The notes under the pieces: generated by a model
Seen by the model: only the letters and a program-made list of their open reading frames with translations
Databases searched by the model: none
What the model was told of the DNA's origin: nothing
Shown here: positions 26,480 through 38,398 of the stretch, one piece after another
How positions within the stretch are numbered: the stretch's first letter is position 1
How the letters are laid out: the number at the start of each line of letters is the position of its first letter
Program-made: the position numbers and the translations under genes
Assembly (NCBI GenBank): GCA_016618085.1
Contig: JABLTG010000120.1
Coordinates: forward strand, 1-64,000
DNA length: 64,000 nucleotides
Source of the DNA: Neovahlkampfia damariscottae
Lineage: Eukaryota
Reading direction: 5' to 3'

Positions 26480-27046
26480 ATGAGTGACTCAATAGAAAAA
26501 AAGAATCTCAGGAGAAGTATGCTCACTAGTGTAACTTCGGATATATGTGGAGCAATCAGTTGTTGTATTTGTGGAATTCCTTTGTTTACAACACTTTTAG
26601 TACTAGCTAGTGTTTATTTCAATGGTTGTCCACGTTTAGCAACTTGGAATATTGTCATGTATTCACTGTATATATTCGGATCTATTTTAGTTATCAACCA
26701 AAAAATATTTCAACTTTTATGCACCATTTCAACCAAATTTTTAGATGATGATGAATGTAAGTCACTTGGGTTATGTTGTTCAAAGTACTCAAAGTTTATT
26801 TATCATATTACTTTTTCCGTTTGTTCTTATTTAGTTTTAGTTTCATGGGACTTATACGGAATTTATTTATTAATAACTACCACTGGAACTTGTTCTACTG
26901 CTGGAGTTGGATTATTTTTGTACATATTGACTTTAATCACTGTTGTTGTTGATGTTGTTTCAAATACTTGTTCTTGTCTTGCTACACTTTACGTTATTTT
27001 TGATTGTTTCCTTGTTACACATTTATTCATTGAAAATTGGGAATAA
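26480..27046 (+). CDS. Cys-rich four-TM protein of unknown function
   Basis: 188-aa ORF with four hydrophobic stretches and an upstream CCAAT. Confidence 0.65.
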   Translation: MSDSIEKKNLRRSMLTSVTSDICGAISCCICGIPLFTTLLVLASVYFNGCPRLATWNIVMYSLYIFGSILVINQKIFQLLCTISTKFLDDDECKSLGLCCSKYSKFIYHITFSVCSYLVLVSWDLYGIYLLITTTGTCSTAGVGLFLYILTLITVVVDVVSNTCSCLATLYVIFDCFLVTHLFIENWE

Positions 27047-27145
27047 AAAAAATTCCAGAAATAAATTGAATTAAAATTCAATTTGAGAAATAAAAAATTC
27101 CATTATACGAATTCTATTCAACCAATGAAAAATATTTTGAAAAAA

Positions 27146-27819
27146 ATGAACAAAAAACAATTCTCTTTGGATAAATTTTGTTTTCGTCAATTTGAAGAAA
27201 ATTACACTGGTAGTAGAATTGAAAACATTTCAAAAGAAGATTTCATCAACAAAATCAATGAATTGTTTGAGACAAATAACTACAAACTCAAAGGTAAAAA
27301 AGGAAAAAGAAAAAATTTAAACTTGAAAAAGACGGATATGCTCCTTTTTGTAAACATGTTTTTGTTCCAAATTTTTGTGGTGCCAAAGTTTCTGTTTTAG
27401 AAATCACTAAAGAAAATGAACATTTACTTGAAACTGGTTATCAATCCAGAACACCAAAAGAGTTACCTGTATTAGTTCGTTGGTTTCCAAAAGAAAAAAT
27501 AAAAATTGAAGAAGCTAAATTTTTAGATGTAATACTTTATTCAAGAGAACAAATTATTAAAGAAAATGAAGCTATTGGTGAGAAAAATACAGATGAAGGT
27601 TTGAATTTTTTTTTTTTTTTTTTTTTTATTGTTTTAAAAGAACCATGGGGTGTTATATCTGTAAAATCACAGAATGAAGATTTTGAAACACCAATGAATC
27701 CAATCACAATGATGAGAAATGCATTGGGTAAAGAAGAAGGTGGTTCAGGAGTTCCTTTAGATCGTTTGAAGTATCAAGAAAGTGTTGATTATTGGAAAAA
27801 TCATGCGATTATCGGTTAA
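27146..27819 (+). CDS. DUF3228 family protein, 2 introns
   Basis: DGYAPFCKH, ELPVLVRWF, ILYSREQ and PITMMRNALGKEEGGSGVPLDR. Confidence 0.9.
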
Positions 27820-27878
27820 ACAATTGAATAAATTTTTTTAGTTTTTTATTGGACCAAAGAGTTTTGTGTGAAAAAAAC

Positions 27879-28225
27879 ATGAATGAAACAGGTGAAGAAG
27901 TTGAATTAGATTTATTAAAAGAATTCAATTTCTTACCGGAAATGGTTCAATTTTTAGAAAAAATAAAAAAAAATGAAAAAACTGAGCAAGAGAGTTTCAA
28001 ATTTGAGACTCATTTAAAAAGTTCTTTAGATCTATTGGATAAACTTGAAGGTGCTGAATTAACACATGAACAACAAGAAAAAATACTTGAAAAATTAGAA
28101 AAAGAATTACAAATTAAAAAGTAAAACACTCTTTGGAATCATTTTTAAATTTTAAAAGCGAAAAATTACAAAAATTTAAAAAATTAGAAATTTTTAAAAA
28201 GGAAGATGCAATGGAAATTGAATAA
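27879..28225 (+). CDS. MED9: Mediator subunit 9-like protein, 1 intron
   Basis: FNFLPEM...LDKLEGAELTHEQQEKILEKL...KLQKFK pattern typical of Med9. Confidence 0.6.
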
Positions 28226-28380
28226 TATCTTTGTATTTTAAATCTTATTATCTTATTAAATTTACATAACATTTCAAATCATTATTTTAGCAAAGGATTC
28301 AATTTTTCGGATAAATTTGATGTTACAAATTTGAAACAAGAGTTGTAGTGGAACATGAGTTTTTTGATTCTTTGAAATAT

Positions 28381-29430
28381 TTATTCATCTCTTTTTCTTT
28401 TTTTTGATTCTGGTTCTTGATCATCTTTTACTTCTTCATTTTTTGAATTTACCTTATCTTTAGTTTGACTCCAAGCATCTTTATTTCCTCCAGTTAATAA
28501 ATTACTCTCATCTACAGTACCACCTGTTAATTTCATAACAAAATCAAAAAACATTCCTTCTGAAAAATCTTTCCATTTTTTTACAGTTTCCATAAAAGTT
28601 TCTGTTCTTTCTGAAATGTTTTCACCCATTTTATCAACTCCATGAGTTACTGCTTCATTTAACTTTTCAACTTGAGAAGTGATATAAATAGAAGTTGATT
28701 TCATAAAAGGAATATTCATATCTTCAGTACTATAACCTCTGCTTAAATTTCTTTTAATATAGGTATCATAATCTCTGACAATTCTTAAAATCAAATCAGA
28801 TGTTGAAATTCCTTAAAAATGATGTCAAAAAAGTTTTTTTTTTTTCAAACCTTCTGTTCTTTTGGTAGTTGTGAATTTACCAATATCTTTCACCCAACGG
28901 TAAACATCATTTCCTTCTTCATCATATGAATCATCTTCTCCATGGGTTACATAATCAATTTGATGCTTATCGAGAAATTCTTGTGTTAAAACCCAAGGAG
29001 CATCAGCAACTACTTCGTCAACATAACGACAATGTGAAACACATTCAACACGTTCATCTTCATTCATAACAGTTTTTCCTTTAATTTTATGAGTGATTTC
29101 ATCACCACAAACTCCTACAATCAAGTAAGTATTTGGAAAGATATTCTTTGCTTGTTGAAGTCCTCTTGCATGTCCAAGATGAAATAAATCGAAAATACCA
29201 TCAGCATAAACTCGAACTGGTCTTCCTTTTGGTAATGGATTCACTTTGTAGTCTTTTTTTTTTGAATTTAATTTGAGTTTTGATTGTTCAAATGCTTCTT
29301 CCAATTTACGTTTTTTGGTATTTTCTGTTCCATCTGGCATGAATACAGGTGCTGATAATAATTTTGTTGGAACATTTATTTCAGATTCTGTTTCTTTTTC
29401 AGTGTCTTTGCTCTTTTTTTTTGGTGGCAT
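28381..29430 (-). CDS. PCYT1: Choline-phosphate cytidylyltransferase, 1 intron
   Basis: [23 protein letters not shown] and [18 protein letters not shown]. Confidence 0.95.
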
Positions 29431-29590
29431 TGTTAACAGTTTTAAAAGAAGATTTTAATTGGTCCACGAAATCAAAACTGTTTCAAAAAAAATTTTTTCT
29501 TTTTTTTTTCTTGAATTATTCTCAAAAAAATTGATTGAAAAAAAATTGATTTAACAACCAATAAAACACCGACCAAAATTAAATTTTGCC

Positions 29591-30118
29591 ATGTTGAATC
29601 TGTATGGAATGAACAACTCTGAAATATTCAGTATGTTAAATATGATGGCACTTCCACCATGGATTTTATTGGTAATTGCTCCACGTGCAAAATTTACCAA
29701 AATGGCCATCACAACAACAGCATTAGTTATGTCTTTGGCTTTTTTACTTTTCCAAGTGATGGAAATGACTTCAACTACAACAATAACAAACTCACAACAA
29801 TTAATTTCCATGATAAAATCAATAACCTTTTCAAATCTTCAAGAAAAACTTTTAACTTTAAATTTCACTGCAATTAAGAGTTTTTTTTTCTCTGAAACAG
29901 GATTTTTGGCTATATGGTCACATTATATCATTATTGATATGGTAGCAGGACATACAATTTCAAAGGATGCAAGAGCTTCAAATGTGTCTCCTATTCTTTA
30001 TGTACCTTGTTTACTTTTGACTTTACTTTTGGCTCCAGTTGGTTATTTAGTTTATTTTTTTGTTAAAAATTTTAATTATGTTATCTTGGGAAATTCAAAT
30101 CATGTCAAAGTTGAATAA
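29591..30118 (+). CDS. ABA4-like (DUF4281) membrane protein
   Basis: ALPPWILLVIAP, WSHYIIIDMVAG and LLTLLLAPVGYLVY. Confidence 0.8.
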   Translation: MLNLYGMNNSEIFSMLNMMALPPWILLVIAPRAKFTKMAITTTALVMSLAFLLFQVMEMTSTTTITNSQQLISMIKSITFSNLQEKLLTLNFTAIKSFFFSETGFLAIWSHYIIIDMVAGHTISKDARASNVSPILYVPCLLLTLLLAPVGYLVYFFVKNFNYVILGNSNHVKVE

Positions 30119-30173
30119 AAAAAAAACGAAAAAAAAATTTTTCCAATCAATTCCTTGTTTTTGGTCAAATTAA

Positions 30174-31810
30174 TTAATTTTTTTGTATAATTTTCTGGTC
30201 ACATTTTAGGACTCTTTGCGTTCTAAATTGATCTAAATTTTTATTCACAATTTTATTGGACTGTTTCTGTTTCTTCAAATTTCTGTATTTTTGGGAAACA
30301 ATAGTCAATTCTCTATCAGTAGTTGGAACATTGTCATCAATTAAATTTTTTGATGAGTTTCTCCATTTTTGAAATTCTAGTGATGTTTTTATTCGACTGT
30401 ATGTGTCTCTCATATTTCTTTTCGTTTCCTTGATTGAATCATTGAAAATATTTGAGTAACCTTCTCTATATTCACAAAAGTTTTTGATTTTTTCTTGATC
30501 TCCTTTTCTGGTAGGAGCAGGTAATTTCACCTGCAATGGAGATCCAACTTCAATGAAATTTGTGTGGATTTCATGGAAAAGTCTCCATTTGGAGTTAATG
30601 ATCGTTTTATATCATTTATGATAGCAAACAATAAACCAAAGCAAGACAAACCAAAGATTAGCAGGATCTCTAAAAATAAATTCAGTCCAAAGCGGTGATT
30701 CCTTGTTGAATAGCATTTGGATCAGTTCTTGCATTTCCAAAGTAAAATTCTAATCGATACAAATTACTAAGTCCAGAAATGAAAACAATAATTGAATTGA
30801 TGATGAATTCAATTCGAAATCCATATGGATCATCAGTGACAAAATAAGAAATGATTTTGCAACCATTTCCTTTAATAAATAGAATCATATCAATAATTAA
30901 TAATATAGTATTCATAACAAAAAGCAACGTTGACAATATGGGAGTGATTAATGAATCAATAGCATTCGCAGCTTGAAAATTGGAAAATGTGCAGGAAGTA
31001 GGGGTAACAAATTCCATTATTCCATTCAAAAAAACATGTAATATCAAAATAAACTAGATGATAATTCAGAAAAAAAAAAAGTTAAAAAAATACCAAAACG
31101 AAGAAAAAGGTGACAATTAACACAAACCAATTTGAAGTAAAAAATTTCGCAATTTTCATTTTCAGAATCATCCTTTGGATTAATTTTGTGTCCTCAAGAT
31201 CTATTTCAAAACTATAGTTTGTTTGGGAGGTCTCTGGTTCAATGTTTTCTTTGATTTCTTCTAATGTGAAAAACTAAATTTTTTTTTTTAACCTTCAATT
31301 TGCGACAATTCTTCTTTCTTTTTAATCTTTTTAGAACTTTTTAATTTGTCTGATAGAGTTTTTAAATTTTTGGAATTGGGCTCATCAAAAAAAAGACAAA
31401 GTTAAATCTTTCCATGAATCCAGACGTTTGTTTAACAAATATTTTAAAATTGTTATACTTTGAAATATGGAAAAAAGACATATAATAGGATATAGTATCA
31501 ATAAAGTCCACCAGCAAGAAAAGCTAAAAATTAAAAAAAATGAGAATATTTCATTTACTTGTATGTAAAAGATAATTCATTGTTTGACTTCAACCAACTG
31601 AAATTTCCAATGTAAAATCTCAGAATATATATCCACATTGAAAGAATTCCAAAGTAAGGAATGATTCCTCAATATTTTAGTTCTTCGTATTTTCTGAAAA
31701 ATAACAACAAAAGTACGATAAAAGTTAAGACTACTGCTACAGTTTGTACACCAATTAGAATTCCATCATTTGCCACAAAGCTGAATACAGCTGATGTGGT
31801 GTTCATCATT
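30174..31810 (-). pseudogene. Disrupted multi-TM + RGS-domain gene
   Basis: TM helices and RGS C-terminal motifs (FIEVGSPLQV, NMRDTYSRI); in-frame TGA at 31669-31671 (LKY*GIIPY); further stops or frameshifts near 31385 and 31330; N-terminal half of the RGS domain not visible. Confidence 0.7.
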
Positions 31811-31949
31811 GGCCAAAGGTTAGACCAATCAAAACAAGTTGTCCCAATGTTAACTCTTTGCTTCCAACATCCTTCTAAACTTGTTCATCTCTGAGAAACC
31901 TCAGTAGGAATATTAAATAAACTTTTTGTATTTCTGATGATGTAAATAT

Positions 31950-32480
31950 TTATTTGAATTTTACGTCTTCAATTTTTTTGGATAGTACTGATGAAAATTC
32001 AGAAAATTCAATACTACCACTTCCATCTATATCAATATCTTCAAAAGTAATTGCTTCTAAATCAGCCACAAAATCATAAGTTCCTTCTTGGAATTTTGTC
32101 AATTTTTCGACACTGTTGTCAAGATCTTCTTGTAATTCTGTCAACTCGAGATGTTTTTCCATTGAGTTTGTTGACAAAACACTTAAATCCGGATTTACAT
32201 CAGACACTTGTTCTGACAATTCGACAAGTCGTTGAGATTTTTTTATGTTTTCTTTTGAAAGTTCTTTAATTTCATCTTCTGTTGCTTCTTTTTTTGCTCC
32301 ATAAGTTCCTTTAAATTTTTGTAAATATTTCACAAATTCAGTTTTGAATTTTTTGAATTCTTCTTTATCCAAATGTTTGTTGTGATCTTTATCATAAAGG
32401 TTAAATAATTTTTCAAAGTGTTTTAATTCATCTGGTTCATCAAAGGCTTCACTCAAAATTTTTTGACCATTGTTTCCCAT
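31950..32480 (-). CDS. EF-hand calcium-binding protein, possibly N-myristoylated
   Basis: MG start; DKDHNKHLDKEE and DIDGSGSIEFSE loops. Confidence 0.85.
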   Translation of the reverse strand: MGNNGQKILSEAFDEPDELKHFEKLFNLYDKDHNKHLDKEEFKKFKTEFVKYLQKFKGTYGAKKEATEDEIKELSKENIKKSQRLVELSEQVSDVNPDLSVLSTNSMEKHLELTELQEDLDNSVEKLTKFQEGTYDFVADLEAITFEDIDIDGSGSIEFSEFSSVLSKKIEDVKFK

Positions 32481-32796
32481 GATTCTGGTGTGAGTGTTTT
32501 TTTATTTGATAAAATTCTGTTATGTCATTGGTGCATCTTGAAAAAATGATTTTAATAAATTTTTTCTCTATCTAACAGATTAGAGAGAACATTTTTCTTT
32601 ATTCGTTTTAGGGTGTTTTTCCTTTTGTCGTTTTTGGTAGTTCTAATGTCCTAAAAAGAGAAGAAAAATTTCTTCAATTGGATATTTTGGAGCGAATCAT
32701 ATAAATTAAGAAGTATGTTATTACTGTTTTCGTAAATTCTGTTTATTATTGGTCAGTTTATTCCTTGACACAACAGACTCAAACGTCAACAATTCA

Positions 32797-33622
32797 ATGC
32801 AAAACGATAAACAACTTTTCTCAAAGAGTTCAAAAGAATTCCAGCTGCTTGGAATTGAACCATCAGATTTAATACAAGAAAGGAAACTTTCACTTGAAGA
32901 AGCAGAAACAATTAAATTGACCGGAAACTCAGTGAGAAATCGAAGGAAAATGTTGAAAACTCATCCTACAACAGATGAATCTGAATCATCTTTACCTCAC
33001 AAAACAATGAAACTTTCAGAAGTTCTGGCAGACGAAAACTTATACTTTATTTTCAAACAATTTTCAATGAAAGAATTGTAAGTGAAAATGAGAAAATTTA
33101 ATATATTTTAATAGTTCATCCGAAAACCTGTTCTTTTTAGAAAATGTAAAACAATACGAAACCACAATACCATCAAAAAGATTTAGAAAAGTCTTGGATA
33201 TTTTCAACGATTTCTTGTCGAAGGATGCACCTTTACAAGTCAATATACAAAGCATATATGTTCACAAAATTGAAGATGTTTTAAATGAGACTTCTCCAAC
33301 TCTTGAAGATGATTTATTTTCAGAAATTGTCGAACAAGTCACAAATTTACTTAAAGATACCTATTCAAGATTTAAAGAATCACAAGAGTTCAAAGAATAC
33401 AGAGAATCACTTTTGAATCCTGATGAAGGTCAGAATTTAAAAGTTGATTTTGAAAAACCACGAAGATCAGTCTCAGATGCAATTAAGGACATTTTTAAAC
33501 CAAGGAAAAGCGTTTCAACAAGAAGTCCAAGTTCATCATCTCCTTCACGAAAAAAAAGATCTGCACAACCTGTAGATGAATCAATAACTGTCTATGATGG
33601 TTTATCGGATTTTAAAATGTAA
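32797..33622 (+). CDS. Soluble RGS-domain protein, 1 intron
   Basis: FKQFSMKE...SENLFFL, FLSKDAPLQVNI and LLKDTYSRF. Confidence 0.9.
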
Positions 33623-33754
33623 AATATAAATTTTGTTTGAATGAAATGGATTATCGAGATCTCACAATCAATTTTTTTTCCAAATCGAAAATTGTATTCT
33701 GAATTTGTTGTTAAAAACTCTTCGGTTCCGATTGGTCAAAAAAAAAACAAAAAG

Positions 33755-34400
33755 ATGAGCCGCCTTGTGAATAATTTCAAAGTCAAGAAGTACACGAAAT
33801 CAACACTTAAAAATGTTCAGTTTTACAGTGATGAAATACCATGTCAACCTGATAACATTTTTTTAAAAGAAATTCATTCAAAATGGTATTTTGATTTCCA
33901 ACGATTGGAGTATTCTCATGGATACATACAATGTAAATATTTTTCTTTTTTAATTATTTTAAGGGTTGTTTCCATTATTTGAAGGACATGGAGTTAATCC
34001 TCAAGCCTATGCCTTGACTTCAGAAGAGTGTGAAATTTTTAAAAATTCAAAAGAACTTCAAGAAAAACTTTTCATATCTTTTGAGATGATGATGAATTTC
34101 TACGGTATCAAATTAAACAAAGACAATTTAGAAATGTCCAGAAATGAAGATTGGATTCTGCATTATGAAAATTTAGAACATAATCCACATAACTTTTTAA
34201 GGATCACTAGAATATTAAAATCTATAGGATTTTTAGGTTTAAGTGAATTTAAAAAGCCATTTCTGAAATTTGTTTCTGATGAAATTTTTTCAAAATATGA
34301 ACTTACGTCATGCAAACATTCATTTGTGAATTTTTGGTTACCAACTTTAGAGAAGGAAGAAGAAATGAAAGAAATTATTGAAAATATGACTACTATGTAA
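33755..34400 (+). CDS. Opioid growth factor receptor (OGFr)-like conserved-domain protein, 1 intron
   Basis: LEYSHGYIQ|WLFP, MMNFYGI and HNFLRITRILKS. Confidence 0.9.
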
Positions 34401-34642
34401 TTTGTCACGTTATCAAGTTTATACAAATATTTGACTTCGTTTTCATTTCGTCTTTTATTTTTTTCAAACCATAGTCTTCTCCAATTTTATTTCACTACAA
34501 TCAAATGTTATTTTATTCCTTTTAATTTTTTAATCTCCTTTAATACCCTAAATATTAACAAAAATCTAAAAATAAACTATGAACATTCAAATTCATTTCG
34601 ACTAATAAATAGATCCAATTTTTCTGGGATTGTTCAAGTCAC

Positions 34643-35509
34643 ATGTCAAAGAAAAGAAAACACGTTGAAATTCAATTTGAGTTTGAATCAAAAGAAGAAA
34701 AACTTAAAACATTCAAAGAACAATACAGTCTCATTGAAAAACACAGAGAAAACAAAGATGCTCCTGTGGATTTGTAACTAAAAAAAAACTAAATGTTGAT
34801 CAGACTCGGAGCAAAAGCAACTTCAGATGATTCTTTGAAACCTGAAATTTTTAGGTATCAACTGTTAATTGGAGTTTTGATTTCAAGCCAAACAAAAGAC
34901 GAAGTGAGCTCAGTTGCTCTTCAAAAATTGAGAGATTCAGGATTGACGATTGATGAAATGTTAAAACTTGAAGAAAAGGATATTCAGGGTCTGTTATATC
35001 CTGTTTCCTTTTACAAAAGAAAAGCTGGATATATTTTAATAACTTCCAAAATATTAAAAGACAAATACGGAGGTGATGTACCAAAAACTGAAAAGGAAGT
35101 TTTAAAATTACCTGGAATTGGTCCTAAAATGGTTCCTGTATGTAAGATTTTTGATTTTTTATTCATGAATTTTTAGTTATGAAGAATGCTTGGGGAAAGT
35201 ATCTTTGGAGTTGTTGTTTTAATTTTTTTTTTAAATAGAGTAATTGGAATTGGTGTTGATGGTCATGTACATAGGATATGTAATCGCTTGGCGTGGGTAA
35301 AAACAAGCAAAGCTGAGGAGACAGAAACGAAATTGAAAGATTTTTTACCGAAAGAATATTGGGATGAGTTTGGAACTATGGTGAGTGGATTTGGTCAACA
35401 AATATGTAAACCACAAAATCCATCCTGTGACAAATGCTCTTTGAATCAAATTGTCCATTTTTCGATGAAACAAATAGTCAAACAAAAAAATAAATCTAGT
35501 TCAGAATAA
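34643..35509 (+). CDS. NTH1: Endonuclease III-like DNA glycosylase/AP lyase, 3 introns
   Basis: ISSQTKDE, YPVSFYKRKA, HhH LPGIGPKM, GIGVDGHVHRI and GFGQQIC..C..C. Confidence 0.93.
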
Positions 35510-36796
35510 ATTCAGTTTTTGAATGTAAAATTTAAATCTTTCAATTTTTGAATTTCAAGATTCATTTTAAAGTGTTTCTTCTTCACATTTCGTTGTAGAA
35601 TTTCTTCAAAGCACTTTTGATTGTCTATATTTTAACATATGAGAATCTTTCATTGATCTTACCACTGATGATTGCTTGCAAATAAATGTTCTCTTGAAGC
35701 ATATTTGTTATTAATTCTTCATATTCTTTCTCAAAAAATGAATCTATAAAAGTAAGAAAACAGTTCAATATTTTTACATCCAAAATTCAAAGTTGTAAGA
35801 AATTTGTTTTTTTTTAAACTATCAGTTAATTGCTTCATCTTTGTGTCTAAGATGAATACTTCATTTAATCTAATAGTTTTAAGTGATGAATTAACAGATA
35901 ATCCATCACATAAATTTTGAAAAGATTTCGAGTCTCCACCATAGATCTCGTTGTTATGTAAATCTAAATATGTAAGTGATTTATTTTCTTTCAAGTAACG
36001 AATAACATCTTTTCCATACGATTTGGTGAAATGTTTGAAGCACTGATTGCTGCCAAGATTCAAAGTGTGAATGTTTGATTCAACGATCCCATCCATCAAA
36101 AAAATGAAACCAGCATTGGTAAGAGAATTTTCTTAGTTTTTTAAGTGTCATATTTTATTTACTTGAAAGGTCTAAGAATCTCAAAGTAATATTCTTCTTT
36201 AATCCTTTTTGAATTGTTTTTACACTATTTGATGTGAAGTTTATACCTTTAAAAATAATTAAAATTCTGCTTTATAATACAAGATAAGTAAAACTGTTCT
36301 ATTGAATGATTATTTTCAATTATTTCGGATATCATTGCAGCAGATTGTTTGTGACCCAATTCATTGTCTAAAATCATTTGTCAATTATAAAATTTTCTTT
36401 ACGAGACAAATCAACACATTTTAGAGAATTATGTGTTTTAATTGAAATATATAAATCATTTAAACCAATTTTATCAATTGAATTTTCTTTTTCATCGATA
36501 AAAAAAAAAAAAAAATATTACCACAAAAATTGAAAGACAACAATGAGTTTTGTTGCTCAATAATCTTTGAAATAAATACACATTGTTCATTTTCAAGCCA
36601 GCATTCTAGATTGTTAAAAAAACATAAAAATACCAAAAAAATCCAGTGATGAGATTTTTTGATTTTTCAGTACATCTATCAAAGTGGAAAGCTCTTTATC
36701 TTTCACAGCAGGTGTACCATAAGATTTTTCTACGTTTAAAATCAAATCACCAGAAGAGTTGATTTCAATTCTTTTCTTAAATTCTTGTTTCTCCAG
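35496..36796 (-). CDS. RI-like leucine-rich repeat protein, 7 introns; start codon unclear
   Basis: Phase-1 GT-AG introns join LRR units (LTYLDLHNNEI, IHTLNLGSN); stop at 35496-35498. Confidence 0.75.
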
Positions 36797-36950
36797 TTTG
36801 GTTGGTGGGTTGTTTGGTTTTGATTGGATGCCTCAATTGCATGAATAGAAAATAAAAATATTCGTTGCAATATTCTATTTCTTCATTTTTCTTTTTAACC
36901 TAAATAATTTTGTCCAATGAACATCAAATTTTTCTTCCAGTTGTCAGGAA

Positions 36951-37698
36951 ATGGGTCAATTCATCCTCTATGGCAAAAAACGTAATTTCTCTTATATTAA
37001 CAATTTAGCTTCACAATATAATCACACTGATATTCCACAAGAAAATAAAAAAAAAAGAAAAAAGAAAATTATTATTTTTGGTGACAAAGGAGTTGGAAAA
37101 TCGTCTTTAATCGAAATGTAAAGATAAATTAAACTAACTTCATTATTCAGGTACTGTTATGGAACTATGACTCAAAGATATATAATTACTTGCGACTTTC
37201 CAAGAAAAAAAATAATGATTAACAATGATGAAATTGAACTCGAATTTTGGGATCCATCAGGTCAAGATAGATATATACCTACAATGTTTCCAGGGTATTT
37301 TCGATCATCAAACTCTGTAATTTTTATTTTTGACATCACAAAAGAAAAATCTTTTGATAAAATTCGTCTTTGTCATGATACAATTGAAAAGAACATGGAA
37401 TTGTATGATGAACCAGGTTATATTGATAAAATATTGGTCGGAAATAAAATTGACTTGGAAGAAGAAAGGGAAATCTCAACAGAAACAGCAAAGGTTTGAA
37501 AAATTGAAAATTCATATTTCAAAGAGATTAGGGAACTCTTTGGGAATGCATTATGTGGAAACAAGTGTTTTGAAGAATTCCAATATTGATGAAGTTTTTG
37601 TTAAATTGTTTCAAGAGTTCCAGTCAGAAGTTGAACATTTTTATCTGATGGATAATGTAAAAATGAAGTTGTTATCATTGAAATTCTTTTTTGAATGA
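36951..37698 (+). CDS. Divergent Rab-like small GTPase, 3 introns
   Basis: GDKGVGKS, WDPSGQDRY, GNKID and ETSV. Confidence 0.88.
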
Positions 37699-37753
37699 AC
37701 AAAAGGGTTCTTCTTAAAATGGAAAAAGGAATTGCTGAAAACAAATCACAGTT

Positions 37754-38127
37754 TTATTTTTTAGTTTTCTTTCTGAATTCTTTTATTTCTTCAATTGTCT
37801 TATCCATTTCACTATTAAAATAAGCAACTTTTTCATCAACTTGTTCGTCTGAAATGTCAAGAGAAAGTTGTTCCATTTGTAACAACATGTCTTCTACAGT
37901 AACCTCTTATTTTTTAAATATTAAAACAATAACAACTCACTTCCGTCTTGGTTCATATCCATCATGGCATGAATTTGTTTTGAATCTTCCTCAGGATTTG
38001 GTAAGTATCCATAACAGATTTTAATTTCTTCATAACTTACTTCTCCATCTTTATTTATATCATAAGCATCAAAAAGTTCTTCAATTTTTGGTTTAATTTT
38101 TTCAACAAACTTTTTGTTCACACTCAT
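37754..38127 (-). CDS. Small two-EF-hand protein, 1 intron
   Basis: DINKDGEVSYEE and DMNQDG|KVTVED. Confidence 0.85.
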
Positions 38128-38398
38128 CACGGATTTCAGGATTTTTTGAATTGTCCAATGAATTCAAAAATTGGATTTTTTCTTTTTTTCGTAGAGTTCA
38201 TCGTAGAGCAATGATACAGCAATAAAGGTACTGTTGATTATACTATTGCATAGTATTGTATCTTCATCCAATTCATTGGATGCCATTTTCATTTGCTTTT
38301 TGTTTCCATAAGGTTTAAAAATAGTTTTTTACTTTAAAAATTAATAACGGTTTTGATTCTTTTTTTTGTTCCACCAATCATTTCATTTTTTAAAAACA

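Noticed and set aside
31669..31671. In-frame TGA as possible stop-codon reassignment or selenocysteine
   Set aside because: TGA ends intact genes (21392, 37698, 39700, 44435), Trp is encoded by TGG, and this gene has other lesions.
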